From a virus (Duplodnaviria > Caudoviricetes), in the IMG/VR virus record IMGVR_UViG_3300045282_000096, positions 1 through 56,010 of that record: a stretch of DNA of 56,010 nucleotides; one strand, 5' to 3'. The translations under genes were made by a program, and so were the position numbers. The notes below the pieces were generated by a model that had not been told where the DNA came from, searched no databases, and saw only the letters and a list, made by a program, of their open reading frames with translations. Positions 8,447 to 17,515 of the stretch are shown here, one piece after another. The first letter of the stretch is position 1. Every line of letters begins with the position of its first letter.

Positions 8447-11011
8447 TCAGAACACTCTCACCGCAACAATTTCCGCGCTATCGGTTTGCACACTTCCAGC
8501 AGAAGGCGTAGCACTTATGCTGCCAAAAATCTGAACTATATCGCCCGCAGTAGCAGTGTAGATTATCTCTGGAGTGGTCATCACATCTCCACCCGTAAAC
8601 GTCGTGAGGACTGGAAGTTCAACGGTTCTGCCGCCGTTCGTTAAATCTGCTGGAGTATTATTTGTTCTGCGGAGTTTCAGCGTGATCGTTTGTGCTCCAG
8701 CATAAGTTGCCGATACATACTTCACTCCGATACCCGCTCTGATTGTGTAGGTGCCAGCATTTTGAATCGTGATTGAAGGAGATGTTGTGCCAAATGCAAG
8801 CTGTGCCGGGGTTATTGTCAGCGTGTAAGCTGTGCCCGACGCGTAACTGGTAAAGTTTGTGTTAATAGGACAATTCGGAGCATAGAATATTCCATTCGTA
8901 GCAGTCAAAGCTCCCCCTACTCCTAATGGCGTTTTGAATCCAGATCCAACATTTCCAAAATAACCGCTAAACACACTTAAAGCCTGAAACCAAAATTGTA
9001 ACTCGGTTGAGTTGGCTGCGTTGCCGAAATTGGCAGACCTTCCCTCATCAAGTATAGCGTCTGCGCCCAATCCAAACGTTTTGAATCCCAATCCAACAAC
9101 ATTCCCAAAAGGTGCTGTCGTTTGTTCAAGGAGTGCGCCGGGACCGCTTCCGGTGTTTTGAACATGGAATGTAGATGCGCCACCACCCGCACCGGTTTGC
9201 CCTAAGAATGCCTCAGACATGGGAGAAATGGTGTCATTGGTCATGGAGAATGGCGGTTTTACGAAAAGGTAAAAAGCGGTATCATTGGCAGCAATGGAAG
9301 GCGTGACGAAGGCGTTGGTGGCCATACCAACAAAGGTCAGAGCCGGTGTGGCACTCCACACGTCATAGACTGCAATGGGCGTATTGGTGGGGATACCTAC
9401 CTGCCCCCATGTAACGGTGATGGTATGGCCGGAGGAATCGAAGTTGAAGACGCCAATAGCATTTGAAAGAGCACTTCCGAAAGTGGTATAGCCGTTCGTA
9501 TAGCCGATGATTCCAGACGACGCATTGCCACCCCCATTGAACCCGTTAGCGGTTGTCGGCGTGCCATTGAGCGGCCCCAACGGCCTTGCCCACGTAGCTG
9601 TTTTGTTCGCGGCATTCGTGGCGACAACATATCCAGGGAGGACAAGGGGATGCTGAAGGACACCTTGATTCACAATCGGATTCGTGAAGTAAGGCGAAAC
9701 TGCGGCATTGCCGATTACGTTAGTGCCGTTCCACACGCTGCAAGGCCCCAAGGCGGCAAGGGTCATGTAGCCTTTTGCCTCATTAGCCGTCGTGCCGCCG
9801 AAGGCTTGCAACCTGTGATAGTGGCCAGGGCGAGTCTCATGGAAATTCGGCATCTCGAAAACAATATTGGTAAACGTGCCCTTCCATGTGGTGTTCGCTC
9901 CGGGCGGACTTCCATTTTCGTAAGCATTATAACCGGCTAAAGTGTTCCACTTGTGCCATGCCGCCTCCCCAGATGAGAACACCTCAGTTGTCTCCATGTA
10001 GAGAGGCTTGCGACCAAGCCGGAAAGACATGTTATAATTCGCCTCTGGGAATAGTGAATAGTGGCGCGGCAACATCGTCCCACCCGGATCGTAGACTAAG
10101 CCTTGATACGTGCCGCTCCCGCAATAATCCACCTTCAGCAGGTCGAAACCCATCAGTCCAATGTCGTAAATGTCTTGAAAAACCAAGTCGTCAGTAGTGG
10201 GTAATCCTGGATTACCTGCGCAAAATTGATTGGCGTGCGCGACGTATGCTCCGATATTGAATCCATGCGAATGCGCATAGTTCACTATCCCGGCTACGCC
10301 CTGCGGGAACGCAGCCCCATTATTCGTGAGGTGGCCATTGATTCGGTTTGTTAATTGGCCGCAATCAATTATAATATTGATCCACCCACTCTTGAACCAG
10401 TTCGGGGCCACAGTATCGAGCAGTGCGATAGTGTTCGTTGGCCATGCTCCGTTCGGCGTGCAACCCATATCGGAATAGGTATCGAACGCAAGAATAGGGA
10501 CAGGATAAAGATGAGCAACTTCGTCGTAGTAAGGATTGATGTTCGTCATCATTCCGGCACTCATCGAAGCGTAAGGAGAGGTGAAATAATTGCTTCCCCT
10601 AGTTGGCCCGCCCCAATCAAAATTGCCAACATTGTCTATACCTCCATAAGCAACGGTGTTTGCCAGATTGTTCCATTGATAAGCGGTTGCTCTTTCCGTC
10701 CAAATTCCAGCGAAAACATACGGACCCGCCGCTCCCGAATTAGCGCCAAACGCAATCGGGTCAAGTCCACCGCCTGGAGTAAGCGTCAATTTCTCCGCGA
10801 GGGCAGCGCCTCCCGCCCGCGCATCGTTATTCGTCAGCGCGTTGGGATAGGCAACTCCGAGGGCAGGGAGCGAGCTTGCACTCAAATTTATCAATGTGGA
10901 TCCATCAATAAGGACCCCATCAGCGTTTGTCGTAAACCGATTGTACTGGTAGAACGCGGCATTTGCCGACAGGCACACGAACGAGAAAATGATGAGTATA
11001 AATGTTTTCAT
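8447..11011 (-). CDS. Fibre/spike-like protein with central GH27 (alpha-galactosidase-like) domain and N-terminal signal peptide
   Basis: IIIDCG, FPQGVAGIVNYAHSHGFNIGAY, GFDLLKVDYC and a C-terminal beta domain (GVFNF...VTW..VG...VYDVW); signal MKTFILIIFSFVCLSANA. Confidence 0.75.
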   Translation of the reverse strand: MKTFILIIFSFVCLSANAAFYQYNRFTTNADGVLIDGSTLINLSASSLPALGVAYPNALTNNDARAGGAALAEKLTLTPGGGLDPIAFGANSGAAGPYVFAGIWTERATAYQWNNLANTVAYGGIDNVGNFDWGGPTRGSNYFTSPYASMSAGMMTNINPYYDEVAHLYPVPILAFDTYSDMGCTPNGAWPTNTIALLDTVAPNWFKSGWINIIIDCGQLTNRINGHLTNNGAAFPQGVAGIVNYAHSHGFNIGAYVAHANQFCAGNPGLPTTDDLVFQDIYDIGLMGFDLLKVDYCGSGTYQGLVYDPGGTMLPRHYSLFPEANYNMSFRLGRKPLYMETTEVFSSGEAAWHKWNTLAGYNAYENGSPPGANTTWKGTFTNIVFEMPNFHETRPGHYHRLQAFGGTTANEAKGYMTLAALGPCSVWNGTNVIGNAAVSPYFTNPIVNQGVLQHPLVLPGYVVATNAANKTATWARPLGPLNGTPTTANGFNGGGNASSGIIGYTNGYTTFGSALSNAIGVFNFDSSGHTITVTWGQVGIPTNTPIAVYDVWSATPALTFVGMATNAFVTPSIAANDTAFYLFVKPPFSMTNDTISPMSEAFLGQTGAGGGASTFHVQNTGSGPGALLEQTTAPFGNVVGLGFKTFGLGADAILDEGRSANFGNAANSTELQFWFQALSVFSGYFGNVGSGFKTPLGVGGALTATNGIFYAPNCPINTNFTSYASGTAYTLTITPAQLAFGTTSPSITIQNAGTYTIRAGIGVKYVSATYAGAQTITLKLRRTNNTPADLTNGGRTVELPVLTTFTGGDVMTTPEIIYTATAGDIVQIFGSISATPSAGSVQTDSAEIVAVRVF

Positions 11012-11436
11012 GCAGGTTCAGTTCCAATTTGACCAGCGTCATCAAAAATTAGCCGGTATCGAATAGCTGATGGTCGAGAGCGGAGAATAAGCCCTTTATT
11101 TTGGTTGGTAATTTCAATATCGTTGCCAGAGCCAACCTGACCTGAAAATTGAGCATTGCCCACCGCATTGATAATAAAATTTCCGTTTGCAAATGAAGCA
11201 GATCCGTCGTTATTAATGAATGTCAATGCGGGTCCTACATTGATACCTGTGTTTGCAACTAAAATCGCACTATTGGAAAACTGAACTGGATTTGTGGTGT
11301 TGAGCGTTGCCGCAATGAGATTGTAAACCTGCTGACCTGTAATCTTAAGAGAGAGTGTGCCAGTATCAATCTCCAGTAAGTCCGTGAGTGCAAACGACCC
11401 CGCCGCCGTCAAATCTATGATTCTCTTGTTGGCCAT
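11008..11436 (-). CDS. Short tail/head fibre adaptor-like protein
   Basis: MANKRIIDL N-terminus; C-terminal GLILRS..RYRL.FDD.G, typical of fibre trimer modules. Confidence 0.6.
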   Translation of the reverse strand: MANKRIIDLTAAGSFALTDLLEIDTGTLSLKITGQQVYNLIAATLNTTNPVQFSNSAILVANTGINVGPALTFINNDGSASFANGNFIINAVGNAQFSGQVGSGNDIEITNQNKGLILRSRPSAIRYRLIFDDAGQIGTEPA

Positions 11437-11639
11437 TATTCAACAATCCTTAAATCTCCAGCCTCAGTGCTGCGAATCTCTAATAGTTCCGTGATGCGAA
11501 AATTACCCACTGGCACAACACTCCCCGCCAGATTCGCCCATTGACACAATAGGTACGTCCTTACCTGTATTAACTGCGCATCGGTCAGGCACCGAAGACA
11601 GGACGAAAGGCGAGAGATAGTTTGAGGATCGCATGTCAC
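11436..11639 (-). CDS. Small virion protein with Cys module
   Basis: MTCDPQTI..LSSCLRC...TYLLCQWANLAG followed by RITE..RSTEAGDLR. Confidence 0.65.
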   Translation of the reverse strand: MTCDPQTISRLSSCLRCLTDAQLIQVRTYLLCQWANLAGSVVPVGNFRITELLEIRSTEAGDLRIVE

Positions 11640-11640
11640 A

Positions 11641-12177
11641 TTAAATAACGACTATGTAACCCTCCCAACGAACGCTTTGTGGTGGCGTAACCCAAGCAGG
11701 TGTAGCTAACTTAAAAGCTACGGTATCGCCCGCTACCACAGCTTGATTCAACACCAGATTGCTTACATCAAGCACAGTCGAGTTGTAGGCCCCAGTTGCA
11801 ACGAGCACGTCAGTGGCATCGTTGATGCGTAAGGAGTGAGTGGCTAGCTCTGCTGTTCCGGGAGTTGTGATGCGGGCCTTTAAGAATGCGGCCCTGATTG
11901 TTCCCGACCTCAAGACTATCACCGATGCCATTGCATAGACGGTTTGAATGGATGAAATTGGATCGGCTCCAAAATAGTAAGTCGTGCTGGCTATTGGCTG
12001 GCCAGCCGCAACTGAGACAATTGGAATTGAGTATCCCACATCAACAACGGGAACTATTGTTCCCGCCAAATTCGCCCACTGGCACATCAAATACGTTCGA
12101 GCGTAAAGCAACTGTGCATCGCTCAAACAGCGTAAGCACGAAGTGAGTTGGCTGAGAGTTTGAGGGTCGCATGTCAT
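11641..12177 (-). CDS. Virion protein: Cys module plus beta-sandwich domain
   Basis: N-terminus is paralogous to the 11436 gene. Confidence 0.65.
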   Translation of the reverse strand: MTCDPQTLSQLTSCLRCLSDAQLLYARTYLMCQWANLAGTIVPVVDVGYSIPIVSVAAGQPIASTTYYFGADPISSIQTVYAMASVIVLRSGTIRAAFLKARITTPGTAELATHSLRINDATDVLVATGAYNSTVLDVSNLVLNQAVVAGDTVAFKLATPAWVTPPQSVRWEGYIVVI

Positions 12178-12422
12178 CCGCCAAGGGCCGTTACTATGTT
12201 ACAAAGCAGTAGCGTCTGCATTGCGGGTTCGTTTCCATAGGCACAGTCAAAGCAACGCGCTTCGTTGGCAATCACACTCGGGTCTGTCGAAGCCCCAGGA
12301 ACCAATGCAGCACGAATTTGAGCAAGCAAATAGGTTTGAGCAGCCAAGTGCATTCCGTCAGGGAAGCAGCACTCAAATTGCTGAGAGGCAGTTGCAAGAG
12401 CTTGCGGCGTGCAATCGGCCAT
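12174..12422 (-). CDS. Virion protein with two copies of the Cys module
   Basis: CTPQAL..QFECC..QTYLLA and TDPSVI..RCFDC..QTLLLC. Confidence 0.65.
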   Translation of the reverse strand: MADCTPQALATASQQFECCFPDGMHLAAQTYLLAQIRAALVPGASTDPSVIANEARCFDCAYGNEPAMQTLLLCNIVTALGG

Positions 12423-12688
12423 TAGTAACCCCCCTCACTGTCAGAACTCATTGCGTCCAGTTTTGAGTTGGCGTCACTTTCGTCGCTCTTGGACTTGGCC
12501 AACTTAATCTCTGCTTCATCTTCGTATTCACGAACGACTTCGACAGTGTACTTGTCTCCCGGTTTGCAATCGCCGCCAAGAAACTCTTTGGACACAAGAG
12601 CGGTATCGCTTTCGTCCTTTTCCTGTTTGTCGGTTTCGGGAGCTTCGGAGGATTCGTCTTCAGCGCCGGGATAGTTTTTGTCATCCAT
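12422..12688 (-). CDS. Small acidic hypothetical protein
   Basis: ATG 12688 lies just after the capsid terminator. Confidence 0.6.
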   Translation of the reverse strand: MDDKNYPGAEDESSEAPETDKQEKDESDTALVSKEFLGGDCKPGDKYTVEVVREYEDEAEIKLAKSKSDESDANSKLDAMSSDSEGGY

Positions 12689-12700
12689 AAATTGCCTTAG

Positions 12701-12736
12701 AGAAAGCTTGGCACCGAAACCACTCGATGCCAAGCG
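12701..12736 (-). terminator. Hairpin terminator downstream of the capsid gene
   Basis: GCTTGGCATCGA-GTGGTT-TCGGTGCCAAGC-TTTCT on the minus strand. Confidence 0.6.
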
Positions 12737-12863
12737 TTGTATTTAGCCCACACCAGACACCGAATGAGGTTGATTGTGAAGTGAGATTTGGTAGAATCGC
12801 AGGAACTTCGGTTGTCGCCGAAGCCCTGCTAATCACAGCATTGAAATCAAACGCGAGAATGCC

Positions 12864-13592
12864 ATGACTAAAACGATCATAGTCCTCGGAGAGAGAATTG
12901 GAAAGCTCACAGTTATTGAAGAAGCCAAAGCTCGCTACATGAGCGGTGTTAGGTGTCGGTTCTGGCTTTGTGTATGCGAGTGTGGAACCCCCAAAATAGT
13001 CGCACAGGCCAAACTGTCCCGAGCCATCAGATATGACTTTAGAATCTCGTGCGGATGCTGGAAGAATCAGTTGAGTTCCGAAAGGCTCAAGGCATCCAAT
13101 CCGATTTTGAAAAGGACCCACGGACACAGGGCGGGGGAAATGAGAAAACGTAATTGGGCATACTCCAGTTGGCGTCTCGCTAAAAAGAGATGCTATGATA
13201 CCAAACATGAAAAATACTATTACTACGGAGCGCGTGGGGTGTTTATGTGTGATGGATGGAGAGAATCTTTTTCGAAATTCCTTTCCGATATGGGAGAATG
13301 TCCTGCGAATAAATCCATCGACCGAATTAACACGAAGGGTAGCTATACCTGTGGTACATGTGAGCAATGTGTCGCAAACAGTTGGCCGATGAATTGCAAA
13401 TGGTCCACCGCCAAAGAGCAGGCCAGAAATAGAACCAGCAATCGAATTCTTACGGTTCATGGATTTACCGCGTGCCTTTCAGCAATTGCTGAACGTTATG
13501 GCGTTATTGCCGAAACAATTGCAGAGCGTCTTCGACGGGATTGGACCATCGAAGACGCCGTTACAAAGCCTAGATTTGGAAGGGTAGGCTGA
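12864..13592 (+). CDS. HNH-like homing endonuclease, antisense to the structural operon
   Basis: G.RIGKLTVI, WLCVCECG, SCGC, YGARGV.MC..W..SF..F..DMG, SIDRIN..G.Y, NCKWST..EQARN. Confidence 0.85.
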   Translation: MTKTIIVLGERIGKLTVIEEAKARYMSGVRCRFWLCVCECGTPKIVAQAKLSRAIRYDFRISCGCWKNQLSSERLKASNPILKRTHGHRAGEMRKRNWAYSSWRLAKKRCYDTKHEKYYYYGARGVFMCDGWRESFSKFLSDMGECPANKSIDRINTKGSYTCGTCEQCVANSWPMNCKWSTAKEQARNRTSNRILTVHGFTACLSAIAERYGVIAETIAERLRRDWTIEDAVTKPRFGRVG

Positions 13593-15219
13593 CGGTTGCA
13601 CAAGGTCCCGTCACCGTTATCGTTGTGGCCGATGCTACGGCCCAAACGCCTAATTCTGGTAATTGGGCATTGAGTTGAACAACGAGCGCGGCAAGGGTTG
13701 TCGAGCCGCTGATTTGAGAGTTGGCCACCGGACCCCCATCGCACAAAACGCTGAACGCCGGAATCTCATAATCCCCATTGAGCACGTTCTTCGTCGGCGT
13801 GAACGTGGTGGTGATGTTGATCGGAATCGGACTCGTCCCGCTGTGCTCATCCGGGCACTGCGTGTTGGCCGAATTGTAAACCTGAGCAGGATAGCCAGGA
13901 TCGGCATTGCAGGTATTGATTTCAATCACACAGAACGGCTCTGCCTTATGGAAGATCGCCACAAGGAATTCTGTGTAACGCGGCTTGGTAGCCAGTTCAT
14001 GGCTGGACACCCACAGACCTTTGTTGCGGTCGATGTTTTCAATCACGCAACCGTTTACATCGGCTCCGAGATTGTCCATCGCAAAGCGCCATTTGCCGCC
14101 GAAGTTGCGGTTCAGGAACGGCATTTCACTGTTGATTTGCTCGCTCTCCAATGTCTGGAATTCCAATCCCATCGGATGCCAGACGAATGAGACTCGGAAT
14201 TGGGCGTTGTCGAAATCAGGATTGCGCTGGCTCTTGAGTCCTGCCGCGCTGCCCGCGCCCGACGACGGCACATTCTTATACGGTTGAACCACCTGATAAC
14301 GGAACAAACCACCAACAACACCCACGAAGTTGAATCGCAGGCCGTTTACATCGGTGCGAATGGTATAATTTCCCATCTGCCCGGAGAAGCCGTATTTCCA
14401 ATACTTGCTGGCAGCATCCCATTCGGTAAAGCGCCAGTTGCCGGTGACAGACGGCACGCCCCCAACGCCGGTAAATCCACTGAGACGGTCCAGTTCCCAG
14501 GTCGTCTGCGTATCGGTAACAAGCTCCAACATTGGCGGGAATTTGTCAGACCACGGGTTTTTACCGCCGTAACCGACTGACATGAGCGGTTCAACAAGGC
14601 GCTGCAACATCTGCGGCGTCAGTTTGAACACCTGTGCCGGATTGATATTCGTGTCGATGTATTGTTCTTCGTCACCATTGACGATGACCCAATTGAAGAT
14701 GAAGCTTCCAGCGGGATTGGCCGTCGCAAAAAAGCGGTTGGCGATGAACTTGTTGTCGGCATACTGCATCCCGCGTTTGCGCATGTAATTCGACAACACC
14801 CAAACGGTGGTCGGTCGCAGAATGTCCGAGATGATGTAGCTCCATTGTTCCTTGGCCTTTGTGACCGTGAACATATTGTCGAAGCAGAGCAGTTGCGTGC
14901 GCCAGTGCTGTTCCTCAAGGAAGTAAGTCAGCCGCGTGCTGCCGAACCCGATTTCATGGCGATTCTTATCGCACGGCGTCCCAAGACAGTTGCCGGTAGC
15001 AACCTGCGTCCACGTCTTGGTGGTATTTGGAAAGACGCTGTTAAAACGGTCAAGGGTATGTTGGGTGCCAGTGAAAGGATCGAATACCCCCATACTGACG
15101 TGACCGAGCCAGTTAGCGGGATCTTCGGGACGAATGTCCTTGAGGATTTCCTTGTCATAAACCGGCTGTTGATCGGTGAGGAAGCTTGTGAACTGACTGC
15201 ACGAAATTATTCTGGCCAT
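13570..15219 (-). CDS. Major capsid protein
   Basis: About 549 aa (start at MARIISC), downstream of portal and scaffold, with its own promoter, structured leader and terminator. Confidence 0.75.
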   Translation of the reverse strand: MARIISCSQFTSFLTDQQPVYDKEILKDIRPEDPANWLGHVSMGVFDPFTGTQHTLDRFNSVFPNTTKTWTQVATGNCLGTPCDKNRHEIGFGSTRLTYFLEEQHWRTQLLCFDNMFTVTKAKEQWSYIISDILRPTTVWVLSNYMRKRGMQYADNKFIANRFFATANPAGSFIFNWVIVNGDEEQYIDTNINPAQVFKLTPQMLQRLVEPLMSVGYGGKNPWSDKFPPMLELVTDTQTTWELDRLSGFTGVGGVPSVTGNWRFTEWDAASKYWKYGFSGQMGNYTIRTDVNGLRFNFVGVVGGLFRYQVVQPYKNVPSSGAGSAAGLKSQRNPDFDNAQFRVSFVWHPMGLEFQTLESEQINSEMPFLNRNFGGKWRFAMDNLGADVNGCVIENIDRNKGLWVSSHELATKPRYTEFLVAIFHKAEPFCVIEINTCNADPGYPAQVYNSANTQCPDEHSGTSPIPINITTTFTPTKNVLNGDYEIPAFSVLCDGGPVANSQISGSTTLAALVVQLNAQLPELGVWAVASATTITVTGPCATVSLPFQI

Positions 15220-15403
15220 ACTCGCTAAAAGTTTTGCGTTTATTGCTCGCTGCACACCATGTGCGCGATGCTACTTTTAGGAGTGCCTCTCCCTCTTTGA
15301 AGGCTACGCCGTGTCAATAGGCGTCTAACAAGACTGTCCAGCGGCCTACTGGACGACTGCGGGCCAATGATTGAGGACTAATCGACTATTGGAAAGAAGT
15401 CAA
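15220..15403 (-). promoter_or_regulatory. Capsid promoter (TTGACT at 15403) and multi-hairpin 5' leader
   Basis: Hairpins GTCCAGT/GCTGGAC, ACGCC/GGCGT and ACTCCTAAAAGT/ACTTTTAGCGAGT, the last closing immediately before the ATG. Confidence 0.55.
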
Positions 15404-15411
15404 AGGAAATT

Positions 15412-15597
15412 TTATCTTGATTCTATTTCATCTGCGTAAAGCCATGTATTTTTACGGTCACTATTATCCCAATAAGCGATTCTGTATTGCATTCCAACGC
15501 TATCAATTTGAATCATATCGACTCGTCCGGGGCGTTGAATTTCCCTTACAAGAACCTTTTGACCAATCTCAAAATCAATTTTGATATTTTTTTCCAT
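15412..15597 (-). CDS. Small SH3-like beta protein
   Basis: FEIGQKV...YRIAYW...W.YADEI. Confidence 0.6.
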   Translation of the reverse strand: MEKNIKIDFEIGQKVLVREIQRPGRVDMIQIDSVGMQYRIAYWDNSDRKNTWLYADEIESR

Positions 15598-15604
15598 TAA
15601 AAAC

Positions 15605-15747
15605 TGGCAGGGAAGGCAGGAATCGAACCTGCGGTGATTGCGGCGTCCGTTCGGCGGGCCTATCGCATAGGGAATTACCCGTTTCGTTTGCCCCGCCGCG
15701 TCGGAAAACGCTGTCTAACGCTGAGTCCACCATTTCTCTACTTCCCT
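15605..15747 (-). ncRNA. tRNA-like RNA (143 nt) with expanded central domain in place of the anticodon arm
   Basis: Acceptor AGGGAAG/CTTCCCT-G-CCA, D arm GAG..TGG..CTC, T arm GCAGG-TTCGATT-CCTGC. Confidence 0.75.
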
Positions 15748-15769
15748 GAAAATCAAGCCTCTGCGATGG

Positions 15770-15988
15770 TCATGGAGCTAATCCCATTTGATTAGCTGCC
15801 ATTTCAATACACTGACAACAAGCATCTCCACCCATTAAGTGGTGGTGGTGAATGTCGTCAGCCTTAGTCTTAAGTTCGGGGTTAGAGTTGTAAAGGTCAC
15901 GCCACTTTTTATATTCAGCACGCTGCAATTCACGACCCTTAGAACAATCTTCACACTTGCATCCGTCTGGATGAATGACTGCTCTCAC
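15770..15988 (-). CDS. Small Cys/His-rich hypothetical protein
   Basis: HPDGCKCEDC; GTGA-coupled to the scaffold gene. Confidence 0.55.
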   Translation of the reverse strand: MRAVIHPDGCKCEDCSKGRELQRAEYKKWRDLYNSNPELKTKADDIHHHHLMGGDACCQCIEMAANQMGLAP

Positions 15989-17250
15989 GCTTCTCTCCCC
16001 ATCTTATCAATCAATGACATTGGATCTTCCGGTTCTGCCGCCGCCGTGCGTCCGTTGCCATTGCCGTTCGCGGGTTTGCTAGCCTTGAATTGCTCCAGTT
16101 CCTTCTCAAGCTCTTTGATGCGCTTGCCGCGTGTTGAAGCCAGATAAGCCACTCGGTCAAAGCCCATGGCCTTGTTGCGAACAGCGGCCACAGCAATCGC
16201 ATATTCTTCACCCGACATTTGTTGCTCTCCGTCTGCTACCGGAGCGCCGTTCTTTAGCACTCGCTCAAGAAGATGCGAACCTTTTGCGAGCAACTCATTT
16301 CCCTTTGGATCGGAATCGTCGGGTTTGAACAATGCCGGATATTTCTCTACTGCCGCCTTTTGAAACTTGTCCACCATTGAGGTGTATTCCTTGGATTGTT
16401 TCTCAACCTGCTCCCGATTTGTCTTCTCCCACTCAGTGCCCTTCTGCCGATATTCTTCAATGGCAGCATCCGCACGAGATTGAATGTCCCGAATCTTTTC
16501 GCGGTGATGCAGGATGATGGACGCCTTGTTACCAAACAATTCAGTTGCCTTCTCAGCAGCAAGATCATCCTCTGCGATGGACATGATTGAATCAAAATCA
16601 GCGACGGTTCCTTGACGCGCCTGCTGAATTACCGAACCATCTTCTTCGTTCTTGCGCTCAATCACCTTCATGGAAGCCGCACGCGATTGGCCGGTCTTCC
16701 AGCTTTCAACGTAGGGCTTTTCAAAGGTGTCCTTGTAATGCTGAGACTTCGTGAAATTAGTGAACTGCAACGTCTGCTCATAATCAGCAACGCGCTTGTT
16801 ATACTCCTCAATCTTCTTCTCGCGTTCAGCCAACCGTTCTTCGTAAGTCTTTTTCTCAGGCCATTCGGGAGGAGTTTTGAGTTTCTTTTCATAGTCCTCT
16901 TTGGCCTTGAGCCATTCCTTTTGTTCGGCCTTGAGTTTGTGGTAGTGCTTGGCCAACTCACTCGTCTTAAGCTTCGTTGGGTCAATGTCATCGTCAGGCT
17001 TCGGAGGTTCAGCTTTCGCTGGTTCGGCCTTCGGTGCTGACTTCTCAACAGCCTTGTCCTTTGGAATGAACTTGCCGTCAGCACCGCGCACACGGCCATC
17101 TCCAGGTGGTGGTTGCCCTGGTGGAGTTGGCGTGCCTTCTTCTCTGCCAAGCGCGTCTATCGCGCCAAAGGCTTCTTCGTAACCCTTCGGCGGTTCAACG
17201 TCCATTACGGGCGCTGCGGGAGGGGCTTCTACTGCGGTTGCATCAGCCAT
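15985..17250 (-). CDS. Capsid scaffolding protein
   Basis: Charged, helical, Pro-rich N-terminus with RGADGKF; lies between portal and capsid. Confidence 0.7.
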   Translation of the reverse strand: MADATAVEAPPAAPVMDVEPPKGYEEAFGAIDALGREEGTPTPPGQPPPGDGRVRGADGKFIPKDKAVEKSAPKAEPAKAEPPKPDDDIDPTKLKTSELAKHYHKLKAEQKEWLKAKEDYEKKLKTPPEWPEKKTYEERLAEREKKIEEYNKRVADYEQTLQFTNFTKSQHYKDTFEKPYVESWKTGQSRAASMKVIERKNEEDGSVIQQARQGTVADFDSIMSIAEDDLAAEKATELFGNKASIILHHREKIRDIQSRADAAIEEYRQKGTEWEKTNREQVEKQSKEYTSMVDKFQKAAVEKYPALFKPDDSDPKGNELLAKGSHLLERVLKNGAPVADGEQQMSGEEYAIAVAAVRNKAMGFDRVAYLASTRGKRIKELEKELEQFKASKPANGNGNGRTAAAEPEDPMSLIDKMGREA

Positions 17251-17515
17251 GGATTAAGTTGTCGTTTGTTTCTCGCTTCGGCGTCTCAGTAGGAGGAGTC
17301 GTAAGATTCATCAGGATTGACAGAAAGATGCGAGCGCCTTCCATCTTGAAATTGTTGGCGGCGGCATCATTGAAATTTGATACAAAACCGCTTCTGGCCT
17401 GCATCTCCAGCATCGCAGCGCCAGCAGATTCACGAAGCAACGCAGACGAGGCAATCTCAGTCCACGCGGCGGCGGATGGGCCTTTGGCGAAGTTAGACTT
17501 GGGGGAAAATTCCAT
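17243..17515 (-). CDS. Small head-assembly-region protein
   Basis: Probable start MEFSPK; GARIFLSILMNL; adjacent to the scaffold gene. Confidence 0.55.
   Translation of the reverse strand: MEFSPKSNFAKGPSAAAWTEIASSALLRESAGAAMLEMQARSGFVSNFNDAAANNFKMEGARIFLSILMNLTTPPTETPKRETNDNLIHG

Noticed and set aside
12681-13460. 259-aa minus-strand ORF, including an FGVW echo of the capsid C-terminus
   Set aside because: It is the antisense shadow of a clear endonuclease gene, and the similarity is too short to support a duplication.
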